Positions 1 to 12,562 of a DNA stretch of 64,000 nucleotides are shown piece by piece; the first letter of the stretch is position 1; each line of letters opens with the position of its first letter. A model generated the notes under the pieces. The model did no database searches, was not told the origin of the DNA, and worked only from the letters and a program-made list of their open reading frames with translations. A program made the translations under genes and the position numbers. Origin of the DNA: Podarcis bocagei (taxonomy: Eukaryota); NCBI GenBank assembly GCA_964188305.1, contig OZ076885.1. One strand, given 5' to 3'.

Positions 1-1099
1 CAGACTAACAGGGAGCAAGTCTGCTCTATATGCAGCGGAGAGAGAGACTGGTGCTGTCAAGCTCCTCTGGCACTTGTGTGCCTGGCAACGTGCTCATCTG
101 TCATCTCCTGGGTGATGCTACATGCTGCCCTGAAGGTCTAATCGGCTCTCAGCCTTGACCCTCCTGCTGCGTGGGTTTGTTTCTGGCTATTGCTTTTTTG
201 CTTTTTATTTTTTTTAATCTGGAGCTTGGCAGACTTGTTTATAAGAGGGAGGAGAGGCATTATCCCTCCCTTTTCGAATATGAAATGGAAATGCCACTGC
301 ATGGAGCTTTTAAGTGGCAGATCTGAAGTCTCCCTGGTTGTGCTCCCGCACCCCAAAATGAAGCTAAAGTGTGACATTCAAGGGGCATCTGTCAAAGTGG
401 CATAGCCCTAGCTGAGAAATCTCCTTAGAGTAGAACAAGACATTGAAAGAAGACGAGCTTCACCCATCTTCCTGGTAAAATGTGTCATTAAGTCAGGGTG
501 ACCAAGGTGGCCTCCAGATGTTGGACTGCACCTCCCATCGTCTCTGCTGATGGGTTGATGGGAGTTGTAGTCCGGCAACATCTGGAGGGCACTACATCGG
601 CTAAACCCTGCATTATGCTAATTTCGTTTAGCTGTGTTTCCCTGGCCCTGCCTCACATTGATTCTCTGTTGGGGTAGGAAACACGAAGAGTAATATCTCC
701 TCATGCAGAACTGAGGAGAGGGGAGAGAAAGACCTGGATGGCATGGTGGCAGCCCTGCATCTTTTCTAATATCTAATTCTGCCTGGAGGGGATTTCATGC
801 CGTCACCTGGGTTCTGAAGACAATTTGCACAGCGGTGCAGTGTCCTCGCCTTGCCCAGTGCGCTTAACAGCTGGCCTGAGGCCTCCATGTAAAAGTTCAA
901 GTTATTTCCCCTTAAAGTGAAATGTTCCTTTTGCATGTATGTCCCTTTTTAATAACTCGTCAGGTATTCCACCACCATGCAAAGAGGATTCCTAGTTCAG
1001 GGTAGAAGTCTAAGAGAATGATCTTTATTATTTGCTGAGTGACTCATCCCAGAGTTCATTCTGGCTCAGGCCAGGCTGCAAATAATGTATTGCTACTGC

Positions 1100-1661
1100 C
1101 AGTGCTTTTTTTTTCTTAAAAAAATGTTTAGGGGTACTCTCATTTGACTCAAGAAAATCACCCTTTTATAGTTCGAATCGGGGAAAATAAATACAGTAAA
1201 TGGACAAAAGTACAAAGAAGATGCATTACCTCATATCACACAGCTGACAGCCCACAGTAACTTCCACATTGGCATGAGGTTGTGTGCACTAACACCTTCC
1301 CAATTCCTCTGTAAAACACCACACGTCCACATTCCACACTGTTTCACACATTAAACACTCACTTCCGTCTGAGACTCAGGAAACACCGGGAAAGTAAATG
1401 AAGACGCCATCGGAGGTGGTAACAATGAAACTGACCAATCACAGTGCTAGATTCCAACTCCTCCTTCACACATTAAACGCTCGCTTCCGTCAGACTCAGG
1501 AAACACCGTGACAGGAAATGAGGCCGCCATCGGGGGTAGCAATGAAACTGACGATTCACTGTGCTAGAGAAGAAACTATTTTTTTATATAAAAAAAGTTT
1601 TCTCTCCTGTTAGATTCACAAAATGTTTAGGGGTATGCGTACCCCCAGAAAAAAAGCACTG
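1100..1661 (+). mobile_element. Non-autonomous hAT DNA transposon, family A copy 1
   Basis: TIR CAGTGCTTTTTTT/AAAAAAAGCACTG; perfect 8-bp TSD GCTACTGC (1092-1099, 1662-1669); internal ~120-bp tandem duplication. Confidence 0.93.
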
Positions 1662-4600
1662 GCTACTGCTATGTAGGCAGAGCAGTTAGGAGAGCAGGCT
1701 CAGAAAAGAGCAAAGAGCCCAAGTTATGAAGAATGTTGCTCAGCGCAGCAACTGGGAGAGAGCTCTCTCATGACTTCATAAATAGCTGCATTCAGCTGTT
1801 CCTGAAGTAACACCTATATAGCCCGCCAGCCTTGCCTTGGAGATCTAATGAATCATAACCCCACTCCTTAGTACTAGCTTTTGCAAGATCTCTTCATGTG
1901 AGAGTTATACCTGTTCACACTTGCTGGGATGATACTTACACTTACTGTACTCACAGGAGTCCAGTTTATAACCCTTGAGTGAGTGAGTAAGGCAGGCATA
2001 TCTCAACGTTCCTGGACCCAAGGGAGTAATATTATATACCTGAGGTCAACACCTGTGTGCTTGACAAGCAGCTATAAAAGCTAGATGCTCTACAGACAAT
2101 AAAAAAAGAAAAAGAAAACAAACCCTGCCCAAATTGTCTTACCATCTAATGTAGATGCTTGTTGGTCATTCTTGGGCTACTGTGTCTCTCTCTTGCTTAC
2201 ATGATCATATATTCCAGAATGAAATAAAGACTAGCCAAAAGCCCCAGACCTTGCCCTGGGATGTGGACTATCTTGCAACTCCAGTTTCTGATTTAAATCT
2301 TAAATGGGCAAGCAGCTTGCAAGCTAAGGTGAGTTCACAGGGTAATTGATCATATAAATAGACAGTTGCCATAGCTGCTGGCAACAACCCTGAAAATGAC
2401 AAAAGTATTAGCACTTCTATCTTGCTTTCCTTAATGTATTGGCCCTGATCTGACTAAGAGTAATGGTGCTTATGCTCCATTTAAATCAGAGGGACAAGAT
2501 AGCTGTGGCTACTTAGGCCCCATTGATTTCAATGGGACTGAAGAGTGGCTAACTAGTTGGGTCCAGGCAGAAGTATTTATCATAAACCACATGGAGCACT
2601 TCAGTGAGGACATAAACTAGGTTTCTAAAGTACCTTCACTTTGAGATGAGTATAGCTGATCAGAGTTGTTCAGAGCAACCATCTGCCTTCTTGCAAAAGT
2701 AAGTGGTTTTAAGAAGCGAGGATACCTAAGAGATATCAAGTGAGCATTTTTGAGAGAAGTGAGGACCCAAGTGAATGGTGCCAAGCCAGGTGGTGAGATG
2801 TGAAAAATAATTCAGGTTTCTAGCTTTGCTACCAGCCTAAAACCCATGTTTCAAGATACAAAGGAAAGATCGGCAACCTCAGTGCTCCAACTGCCAGGAC
2901 ACAAAGTACACTGCAGGTAAGGCTGACTGTTACCTATCCATCCTTTGAATAAAACAGACTAAGAGACTTGTACCTCCAAACATGGATGGCCCAGAGCATT
3001 TGGCTTCTTCCCTGCTGCTTTGTGTCCCTAGCCACTCCGCTCCCTTCTCCAACTTGAGGATGTGCCTACCCACCCAACACACTGCCACTTTGCATGGAAT
3101 AACTGCCAAGTCTGAAACAGTGGTACCTTGCTTGGCACTTGCAGAGGATAAGGTGCTGCTTTGGATTTGGCTGCTTCTGACATGTATCCTGTGAGGATGA
3201 GAGAATATGCCAGCTCCGACATCCTGCAGCTGCACTGTTCGGTGCCTGGTCCAAGGATGTGTTCAGGCAAAAGAAGGCACACACATACCTTGACCAGCTT
3301 CTAATCTATTTGCAGACCATGCCTCCTTGACTTTGCATTTGGCAACCCCCCAAAAATGAACACAAAGCAGATAGAAAATAGATGAAACCCTTAGAAATTA
3401 AGCTTGATCAGATTTGCAAAGCTGCCGTTCTGCACGAAGGGTTTTAATTTAATGCCCCGGTAATTTGTAATTACACACTGTAAAGAATTCTGATGTGGGT
3501 GGTTCAGGTGGTGGTGTACGCTTGCCACCCGCCAGGATCTACAAGGTGTGACCTGGAAATCTACAAATGCTTAGGAGCTGGCAATCTTTGAGAGGGGAGG
3601 AAGATGCCGACTTGAGCCAATGCCATTTGCAGGAGGTTGGTTTGATCATCTCTGCTTTATGGTCTTGAAGGTGAAATGTCCATCAAAGAGATCAGAGAAC
3701 TTTTATTATAGGCCATTTTGTGCTTCACATCCTGTGTAGGGCATACTCTCATTGTAGGCCTTAAGAGAAGGACAGAAGAATGATAAAAGACTGGACACCC
3801 CAAGTGAGGTGAGACTATGTGGTAGCTACCCTAGACCAAGCTTGGAGAGGGACACAAAATGGCCATTGGAAATCACGGAATATGTTGCCCTTTGTTTTCA
3901 TAAGGTTATGTTCCTTTCCCCTGCTCTCAGGTGTATGAAATAAATCTGTCCCATTTTCAGGCTGGAAGAGGAAAAGCCAGATATCTGCTTGTTCTTAGTC
4001 TTGTAGCTTTTCATGGACCCTTTCCCCTGCAACCTAGCACAGCAAAGCACATTGAGCCAATAAATAACACTGTCAGAGGAGAAATTGGAGACCAGATATG
4101 GGACAGCAGTAGCCAATGGGGTGCCTCTACAACAGTACCAAACAGGAGCAGTCCATCTGAGCAGTGAGAACTTTCATTTTGTGCCTTAAGACGTGCAACT
4201 GTCCATAACTTTTGCCACTTTTGGGGGTAGGGGAACTGAAGTCTGCCCCAGGCATGGAAACAAATAGTTATAACACTCCTCTCACCCACCTCATCTCTTC
4301 CAAGATGCAATCTGTTTTGAGTGGCGGAACGTTGACGTTATCTCAATGTTTTTCCCAGCTCTCAATATTCTGCCTGAATGTGAATGACATCTGCAACTAG
4401 AGCACATAGGAATGACACAACATATTCTGGTGAGATGTTCCTGAAAAGAAAATTGGATCAGTTGATTACTTTACTGTGGGGAAATTGAGCTCTTGAAATA
4501 TGTATGCACTACAGTATTTGCAAGTGATGGTGCCAAGAGTATATTTTGTCATTTAAATTTGAGCATATTTTTTTGTAAAGAGTGAGAGGGAATGTGTGAA

Positions 4601-5011
4601 TCTGCCACAGTATGCAAGAGGTTTGTAGGTGCCTTCCTCACTTAGTACCTATCCTATTTCACAGGGCTGTTATGGGGACCAATTATAAAGTCCCTTGTGC
4701 AGTAAGAAGAGAAGTGCCTCAGCTGTTAGTTTTTGAATTAAAAACCTAAAATTTCTCTAAGTGGCCATTTGAGCTACTGACCTGATCCAGACTCCGGATA
4801 CAATCGTAAATGATGTGGATATCTGTTGGAGCTTCTCATTTCCTGTTTGTAAATAATAGAGATCAAAAGCTTTTCAAAGCCAGCTGCTGGCTTGTAATGA
4901 AAATAATAGTTTTGCTGTAGGGAAATGGAGCCATTTAAATGTTTGTGCTCCATTCACAATTCAAGGCACTACAAAGGTCATCAAGTCCCACTTCCTTCAT
5001 TGCAGGAATCT

Positions 5012-5012
<1 letters not shown>

Positions 5013-5083
<71 letters not shown>
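5013..5083. repeat. Compound microsatellite (GT)n(AT)n(AG)n
   Basis: Direct inspection. Confidence 0.97.
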
Positions 5084-5085
<2 letters not shown>

Positions 5086-5146
5086 TTAAATGGTTTTTAA
5101 TAGTGGTTTCTGGGTTACAAAATTGCATACAAACATAGGAATCTTT

Positions 5147-5207
5147 TGCCCAATGTGGAGCTCAAACTCTTGACCCTGAGATTAAGAGTCTCATGCTCTA
5201 CCGACTG
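5147..5207 (-). pseudogene. tRNA-Lys(CTT)-derived SINE head / pseudo-tRNA (CR1-like tail at ~4955-5012)
   Basis: Reverse complement CAGTCGGTAGAGCATGAGACTCTTAATCTCAGGGTCAAGAGTTTGAGCTCCACATTGGGCA matches vertebrate tRNA-Lys-CTT, but the 5' acceptor strand is lost and the B box is mutated. Confidence 0.8.
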
Positions 5208-5824
5208 GTTGCTCTTACTCTGTATGAAATTTTCCACTCAAACTGTCATTTTTGATACTAAAGCACTGTGCTTCACTAGATAACATGAGAGGCTGTTGAC
5301 CCTTTTGTAAATATATATGGGGTCAAGCTTCTATTTGCATATGAAATGGGAACATGCTGCCTTCAGAATGCATTCCAACTTCCATTATAATTAGGAAGCC
5401 TAAGTGGATATTTTGTACTTACTGATTCTGCTCTGTTTTATTTCTGAATTACCCACCTTGAGCCCTTGGGAAGGTGCTGTGGTACAGAAGTTTGAATAAG
5501 GCTGTGTGCACAGTCCTGTTTACTCTGCATCCAGCTTGGTCCCACCAGTGGTTGGAGAAGCAATGTTAGTCACAATCCATACCTATCCTGATGTTTCGTA
5601 TGAAAAACTCTGGGCTTTCTATATGTTTCCCCTAAGCCAAATTCAATCTGAACTGAGAAAAATAGCAACCCAGCTGTGTTTTAAGCTGCTAATGTGTACA
5701 CAGTCTAAATAAACAGCCCTTTAAAATAATCTGATTTGAGAGAGAGAGTAGCCAATAGTTGACTACCTTGGTTCTTGGAACTGAGAATGACTGTGAAATC
5801 TGACAATGCAAAGAAAGAGAAGTA

Positions 5825-5826
<2 letters not shown>

Positions 5827-5909
<83 letters not shown>
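5827..5909. repeat. Compound microsatellite (GA)n(GACA)n
   Basis: Direct inspection. Confidence 0.97.
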
Positions 5910-6142
5910 CACCTTTTCATTTACCAACGGAGTGCTCAAGGTAGCTAACATCCTACAAGATACAATAAAACAAGCAACAATTAAATGTTAAACTGAAGCA
6001 GCACCAAGCAGGCCAATTAAAAGAGGTTAGAATACAAAACCTAATGGAAAACCCAATGGAAAAACAAAATGGTCTTACTCTAATAAATATGCAATGGCAT
6101 TAGTGGATGGGTTGTTCAAACAGCTAACCAAATTCCTTGTTT

Positions 6143-6272
6143 CAGCCTTCCCCAACCTGGTGCCCTCCAGATGTTTTGACTACAACTCCCTTCAGTCTCA
6201 GCTAGCACAGGTGACCTGCCTTGGAACAATGAGAGTTGTAGTCCGAAAAAATCTATAGGAGACCAAGTTGGC
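6143..6272. mobile_element. Short palindromic hAT-derived MITE (ggactacaactccc family)
   Basis: cagccttccccaacctgg...gactacaactccc...gagttgtagtcc...; relatives at ~494-610, ~39240-39362, ~39720-39840, ~44870-44968, ~46860-46948. Confidence 0.7.
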
Positions 6273-6314
6273 AAAAAATACCATGTGGTTTCTGTAACTG
6301 CACCTTTTCACATA

Positions 6315-6669
6315 CAGTGGTACCTCGCAAGATGAATGCCTCGCAAGACGGAAAACTCGCAAAACGAAGGGGTTTTTGGTTTTTTGAGTTGCTTCGCAAG
6401 ACGATTTTCCCTATGGGCTTGCTTCGCAAGACGGAAACGTCTTGCAAGTTTGTTTCCTTTTTCTTAAAGCTGTTAATACAGTTGCAACTTGACTTCGAGG
6501 AGCAACTCATAGCACGCAGTGTGGTAGCCTTTTTTGAGGTTTTTGAAGACTTTGGTGATTTTTGAAGCTTTTCCAAAACTTTTCCGACACCGTGCTTCGC
6601 AAGACGGAAAAAACCGCAAGACGAAAAAACTCGCGGAACGAATTAATTTCGTCTTGCGAGGCACCCCTG
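6315..6669 (+). mobile_element. Tc1/mariner (Tigger-like) MITE
   Basis: TA|CAGTGGTACCTCGCAAGA...TCTTGCGAGGCACCCCTG|TA; repeated TCGCAAGACG sub-terminal motifs. Confidence 0.92.
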
Positions 6670-7373
6670 TACATTTGATGTGGGCAGGCTCAAGAATTTT
6701 TTGGTCTGCATCAACTGAGAATAATGTAAACTCTGATGCAACTAGGTTTTAAAATGGCACATTTGTCTTGGTAAAACCAATACACTTCCATGCAGGAGTT
6801 TGCAAGATTTTTAACATAACTTTTGCAAATATGATTCTCTGAAAATTTTTCCAGTCTTTCTTTTTGTTTAAATATTTTTGCCTGATTGCTTCCTCTTTCT
6901 AAAGCTGCATCCCTGGTGCCTGGAGCAACAGAATATTTTAAAGTAAGAGCTTTCACTTAATCTTAATGATAGAAGCTGAGGGCTTTGAATAGATTTGATG
7001 TAGTTTAAAAGCCATTATTAAATGCTTGCTTTGCCTTGTACAATGGGTTCTGTTTGCCTTAAATTAAATGTGTTGTAATGTTCCCATTTATATCTTCCAG
7101 GCATGTAGAGTACCCACACAATGATTGCACTGGGATTTATTTATTTTATTCTATATTTTTGGCCCACTTTTTGAGACATAAATCCTCTCCCATAGCAATT
7201 AAAATTCACTACACAATGAATTTTACCTAAATGGAAATCTGATACATGCCCTTCTCTCAAGCCCATAAGCTTTTAAAAAACAATATAATGACCTAGATAG
7301 TAATGCTGTGTCCAGAATTGCTTGCTGGTGGGCTTATTCAGTCATACCCAGGTCTGAACCTTAATTCTACAGG

Positions 7374-7486
7374 CATGGGCATAGCCAGGATTGTTGTTTG
7401 AGGCGGGGCAGAACTTCAGTTATGTATTATTATTGAGGTTTATTGGTTTAGGGGGGCAGCTGCCCCTCCCCCTGGCTACACCCATG
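7374..7486. mobile_element. 113-bp hAT MITE
   Basis: 16-bp TIR CATGGGCATAGCCAGG (14/16); perfect TSD TCTACAGG. Confidence 0.9.
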
Positions 7487-7545
7487 TCTACAGGTGTGTG
7501 GTTGTGCTAATGGATCAGGACCTTAAGCTGTGAGGCTGCTCCAGC

Positions 7546-8108
7546 CAGGGCCATCTTAACCATTGGTGCTAGGGGTGCACGGCACCCGGGCGCCGGGCTC
7601 TCAGGGGCGCTAGGCCTAGAGTCCGGGGCCAAGCGTTGGAGCCCAGGGAAGAGGCGGCGACAGCTGAGTGGAGCAGAGCCTGTCGGAGCTTCGCAGGCGG
7701 CTCTTCCCTGGACTCCAATGCTCACCCCCGAACTCGCGCCGAGCCACCTCTCTGCTCCGCTGGGCTGTCGGCTATTGCCCCAGCTGCATGGTGGCCAACT
7801 GTTTTGGCCATGCCCGGAGCGCCGTATAACGTTGTGGGTGCTGTGTGATGCATCCTGTTGCGTCCGCCGAGCTGCAGGTTCCTTTGCTGGCTTTTCCACT
7901 GTTGGCGCACGCTCCTAGCGCCGCCCAACATGGGGTGCCAGTGCAGAACGATGGGGAATGCAAGGGGTAGTAGAGGAAACATCTCCAGACGGGATCCACT
8001 GCGCGCCAACGGCAGCAACAAAACCTGATAAATAGGAGTGCATGGATCACCTAGGGGTATTGGGCGGATCTTTGCACCCCAGCGCCGCATATGCTTAAGA
8101 TGGCCCTG
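7546..8108. mobile_element. GC-rich hAT MITE (563 bp)
   Basis: Perfect 14-bp TIR CAGGGCCATCTTAA; perfect TSD GCTCCAGC (7538-7545, 8109-8116). Confidence 0.93.
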
Positions 8109-9065
8109 GCTCCAGCTTTAACAGAATCAGGACCTGAGTTTTCTGAACACAGTGCTCTTATCACACAGATCTAGCATGGTGGGGTGGGTGGCAGGGGTGA
8201 GAATGAAAGATCAAATCAAATCAAATGTTGCTGCTTCACCTTCGGTTTGCTGCTACCTCTCTTTCATGTACAAGAAAAGCAAGGGAACAAGCAAGCAGAG
8301 TCCAAAACTAATATGATGTCTGTTCATCCATTAAAAAAAAAAAAGTTTAATACAGGATTCCTTTCCAACTTCTGTGTTCCCCTGTTAGGAATGTTATAGC
8401 CCATGGGTGTCATAAGCAAGCAGTCATAAGATCCACTGGCAAACCCGAGGCTTCTTCATAACTTGGGGCAAAACAGCAATCTTAAACAATGAAGGGAGGT
8501 TTGTTTAAGGAAAAGCAAATGGAACATAAAATCAGACCCATAAAATAAAACACAAAACAGTCCACTAGTTTAGCCGGCCCTGGAGGGGCTGGGGGATGTC
8601 ATGGTAAGGGAGACATCTTTTTTTTTTTTTTTATTATAAAAAAAGACGTTACTACTACATTGGCAGTACGTGTTGTTCCTCTCAGCCAGAGAACAAAGCA
8701 ACTGTCTTGTAAAAGAGGGTCTCTCTTGCAACAGCATTAGGCCATGTGGGCTCCAAATACGTCTCTGTGCCGTACGTACTATACTTGCACTCGTCTCCCA
8801 TCGCATGGCTTTCACTGGCTGTTTCCCAAGGTTCTAAAGGCATGGGAAGAAGGAGAGGAATATTGCCTGTAGTGAATGACTGGAGGGGGGTTAAGGGAAT
8901 GTATTCGTGGGGATGGGGATGAGAAGGGTCTTGTGTGTGACAGCTTTAGTCTGCTGGTAACTGTAGGGAAAAGAAAGGAGGAATTGGGGAAGAGAAAGTT
9001 GGAGCTGGCTGGGTGTAAAGGTGGTATTTGGAGGAACAAAAGAGAATATAGAAGATAGCGTAGAA

Positions 9066-9068
<3 letters not shown>

Positions 9069-9120
<52 letters not shown>

Positions 9121-9300
9121 TTTATTTATACCCCGCCCTCCTCAGCCAAGACCAGGTTCAGGGCGGCTAACACCAGATATAAAACAATTGATTGAAATAC
9201 AACTTTAAAAACAAGATTAAAATACAACATTAAAATGCAGCCTCATTTCAGCAGAAACTCAAAAACTTTTTTGGGGATGAAAACGTCAAGTCTTCACCAA
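9069..9300 (-). mobile_element. LINE (L2-type) 3' terminus with (AAT)n tail
   Basis: (AAT)~17 adjoining tttatttataccccgccc...gggcggctaaca. Confidence 0.65.
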
Positions 9301-9352
9301 GGCTAACTATCCAGTGGTCTTATGTGGGCCAGAAAAAAGCCAAGGAAAGGAC

Positions 9353-9744
9353 CAGAGGCGGAGGAAGGTGGGGGTGGTCCACCCCAGGTGTCATCGCTGA
9401 GGGGGGTGACATTTGGCGCACCACCCGCCTGCAACTCTCAAGCCGTCAGGGGAAGGGGGAGCCACGCCACTTTGCCGGCGGCACCCCCCCTTCCCCCTTT
9501 GTTTTGACAGCTGGGGGAGGCTTGGACAGGTGGCGTACCGAATGTCTGCCATCGGCGGCTTGCTCCGCCCCCATTAACGGCTTGCTCCACCCCTGGCTGC
9601 AGGGTACGTACGCCACTCTGTGCACCCGAGTGGCTATCCCGTGCCTGGGAGGGCACCCTCCATGCGCTGCCCCCCTCGGGAGCGCCCCTGCGCCCCTCAG
9701 GAGTATGCCCACCCTGGGCAGCACAGGCATATGCTCCGCTGCTG
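9353..9744. mobile_element. GC-rich hAT-type MITE
   Basis: Imperfect TIR CAGAGGCGGAG/CTCCGCTGCTG; TSD GAAAGGAC/GGTAGGAC (6/8). Confidence 0.75.
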
Positions 9745-9965
9745 GGTAGGACACTTTTAGGACTCTAGGAATGGGGGTGGGGGGAATCTGGAGATGGGGT
9801 GGAATTGGGGTGGAGGCAGGTGGAAGTTGGTGGTGTTGAAGGGGGCATTTGCACTGCCGTGAAGGAGCAAGAGGGTCATTGGGCGAAATAAAGGGGAATG
9901 TGTCTGTGCCCCCTCCTCCTTGCTGTACTCAAATTTCTCCTGCTTCCATTCCAGATGGGTGGGTA

Positions 9966-10315
9966 AAGGTAAAGGGACCCCTGATCATTAGGTCCAGTCG
10001 CGGACGACTCTGGGGTTGCGGTGCTCATCTCGCTTTACTGGCCGAGGGAGCTGGTGTACAGCATGACTAAGTCACTTCTGGCGAACCAGAGCAGTGCATG
10101 GAAAAGCCATTTACCTTCCCACCGGAGCGGTACCTATTGATCTCCTTGCACTTTGACGTGCTTTAGAACTGCTAGGTTGGCAGGAGCTGGGACTGAGCAA
10201 TGGGAGCTCATCCTGTCGCGGGGATTCAAACCACCGACCTTCTGATCGACAAGCCCTAGGCTCTGTGGTTTAGACCACAGCGCCACCCGCATCCCCACAG
10301 CTCCACCCGCGTCCC
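9966..10315 (-). mobile_element. Sauria (POM-type) SINE
   Basis: (ACCTTT)n tail, tRNA-like head GGGACGCGGGTGG...GTGGTCTAAACCAC; TSD ATGGGTGGGTA/ATGGGTAGGTA; ~20-bp duplication at the 5' end. Confidence 0.92.
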
Positions 10316-11048
10316 ATGGGTAGGTATAAATAATAAAATAATAGTAATCATCATCATTATTCTTCTTCAGCTACCTCATATGAGAGAGATGAAGGATGCA
10401 GAACCTCAAATGTTCCATAGTACCCTCACACAATGCATTTCACTCCAAGTGTTTACTTCAATATGAAGTTCTAGTTGTAATTTAGAGTGGATATTTTATG
10501 AACAAGCAGACCACCACCCACATATGTACAACATCCATCAACTGAACTTTACTGTCACTGAACAAGCCAACTGACAGGCTTGCACTGAAGAGTCTGTTCA
10601 TCTTAAACATCTATTGTCATGGAGTGGGTGGGTGTGCAAAGGGGACTGCAGAACAGGAGAGGAAAGGAGGCGCAGAAATGTGACTGGTCTGTGTGCAAAG
10701 GGGAATCTCAAAAAAGGAAGGGGGAGGGGAAGGGAAAGGGGGTGGGGTGAACGTGGGTCCAAAGAAGGGGGGGATGCAAAAAAGAGAAAAGGCAGAAAGT
10801 GAATCGGGGTAAAGATGAAAGGAAGGGTACAGAATGGACTGCAGGATTGGAGATGGTGGCTTCCTAATTGGGTGGAAGGTGCCTGGTAGTTGCAATGTGT
10901 GGAAGAAGGAAGATGCAAGAGGTTATATTGGGGATGATCTGTCTGCAAGGAGGGGGTTGCACAAAAGGAGGGGGCTTTTCTCTTCTCATTCCAGCAGCAA
11001 AAGCATTTAAAAAAAGATTTACTTTGTTCAGAAGTACTACACAAAATA

Positions 11049-11305
11049 CCGTATTTTTTGCTCTATAAGGCTCACTTTTTCCCTCCTAAAAAGTAAGGGG
11101 AAATGTGTGTGCGTCTTATGGAGTGAATGCAGGCTGCGCAGCTATCCCAGAAGCCAGAACAGCAAGAGGGATTGCTGCTTTCACTGCGCAGCGATCCCTC
11201 TTGTTGTTCTGGCTTCTGAGATTCAGAATAATTTTTCTTGTTTTCCTCCTCCAAAAACTAGGTGCGTCTTATGGTCTGGTGCGTCTTATAGAGCAAAAAA
11301 TATGG
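11049..11305 (+). mobile_element. Tc2/pogo-type MITE (CCGTATTTT TIR), copy 1
   Basis: TA|CCGTATTTTTTGCTCTATAAG...CTTATAGAGCAAAAAATATGG; central hairpin. Confidence 0.9.
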
Positions 11306-11995
11306 TGCATTATTTATTTGCCTTGAACCCTAAATGGACAACAGTTTGGATCATGTGGCTTGCCTGGCATTCTTGCGATCAATTCAGTAGTACTCAAGGC
11401 TAAGTAATTTGAAGGTTTGAAGTCCTGTTCGAGCATCCAGAGGATTAACTGTAAGAGGCTGGCTAAGAGTGATCGGGAGCCTGAGGACACTTTAGCTTTA
11501 AATGTTATGTTGAAAATATTGGAGGGAGTGGACAACACTGAAAAAAGCATTGTCTAATACTTTGGAAAAGCAGTCTGGGTACTGGGCGAACTGGTTTCAA
11601 GCCTTTGTTCTGTTGCTAGGCACTTTACTTATGTGTTGCATTTTTCTCCAGTTAGAGCTACTTGCAATTATTATTTTTTTAAAAAAGAATTCTTTAGCCA
11701 ACAGCAAAGAGAACTCCTGCCTAGCATGAGATGGTACTATTTGTTTTATACCCCTGGTTTCTGTAAACCAACTGGAAAGTAGATAAGATGCATAATGTAT
11801 TCCGAATCACCTTTGTTGTGTTTCCCCATTTTTCCAATGCAGCATTCCTCTCCTTTGAAGGAAACAATGCCCTGGCTATGGCCAAATGCAGGCTGCACAA
11901 ACTGTTCTCATTAGCCCCCAAACATTGGAGCCGTTTGTCCCACTGTTAAGTGTCAGGCTATGCTGCAACACTATATACAGGTCAGTGCATAGAAT

Positions 11996-12343
11996 CAGTG
12001 CTTTTTTTCTAAAAAAAATGTTTAGGGGTAGTCTCATTTTGACTCAAGAAAATCACCAGGAAAGGAAATGAAGCCGCCACTGGAGATGGTAACAACAAAA
12101 CTGACCTATCACTGTGCTAGATTCCAATTCCTACTTCACACATTAAACGCTCGCTTCTGTCTGAGACTCAGGAAACACCATGACAGAAAATGATGCCGCC
12201 ATTGGGGTAGCAACAGAACTGATGATTCACCGTGCTAGAGAAGAAACTAATTTATTTTTTTTTACTTCTTTCTTCTCCTGTTAGATTCACAAACTATTTC
12301 GCGGTATGCGTACCCCTGCATCCTCCCAGAAAAAAAAGCACTG
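11996..12343 (+). mobile_element. hAT family A copy 2 (internally deleted)
   Basis: Same TIRs and body as 1100-1661; TSD CATAGAAT/TACAGAAT (6/8). Confidence 0.9.
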
Positions 12344-12550
12344 TACAGAATCATAAAGTTGAACTAGTCCCATCCCTCCTGATTCAGGAAATCTGCTGCC
12401 TACAGCATTGCAGTTAGGTGGCCATCCAGCCTCTGCATAAAAACCCCTAACGAAGGAGAGACTGCTACCTTCCATGCCAGCCTGCTCTACTATTGAACAG
12501 CTCATACCATCAGGATGGAGGTTCTTGCTGACGTTTAGCCTAAATCCCTT
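12344..12550 (-). mobile_element. Degenerate CR1 3' fragment (hAT MITE inserted in its terminal repeat)
   Basis: agaatcataaagttg...ccatccagcctctgc...ggagagactgcta similar to the CR1 3' end at 63420. Confidence 0.7.
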
Positions 12551-12562
12551 TGTAAAATAATT

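Noticed and set aside
1-1090. POMT2 terminal exons expected upstream of NGB by synteny
   Set aside because: No recognisable POMT2 coding sequence; at most 3' flank, which cannot be supported from sequence
5147-5207. Functional tRNA-Lys gene
   Set aside because: Acceptor stem 5' strand missing, T-loop/B box mutated, attached to SINE body
7507-9754. ORFs of 100-141 aa and apparent CpG islands
   Set aside because: Fall within TIR/TSD-bounded GC-rich MITEs
9770-10810. G-rich/purine-rich tracts as functional G-quadruplex or triplex elements
   Set aside because: Low-complexity intergenic sequence with no supporting context
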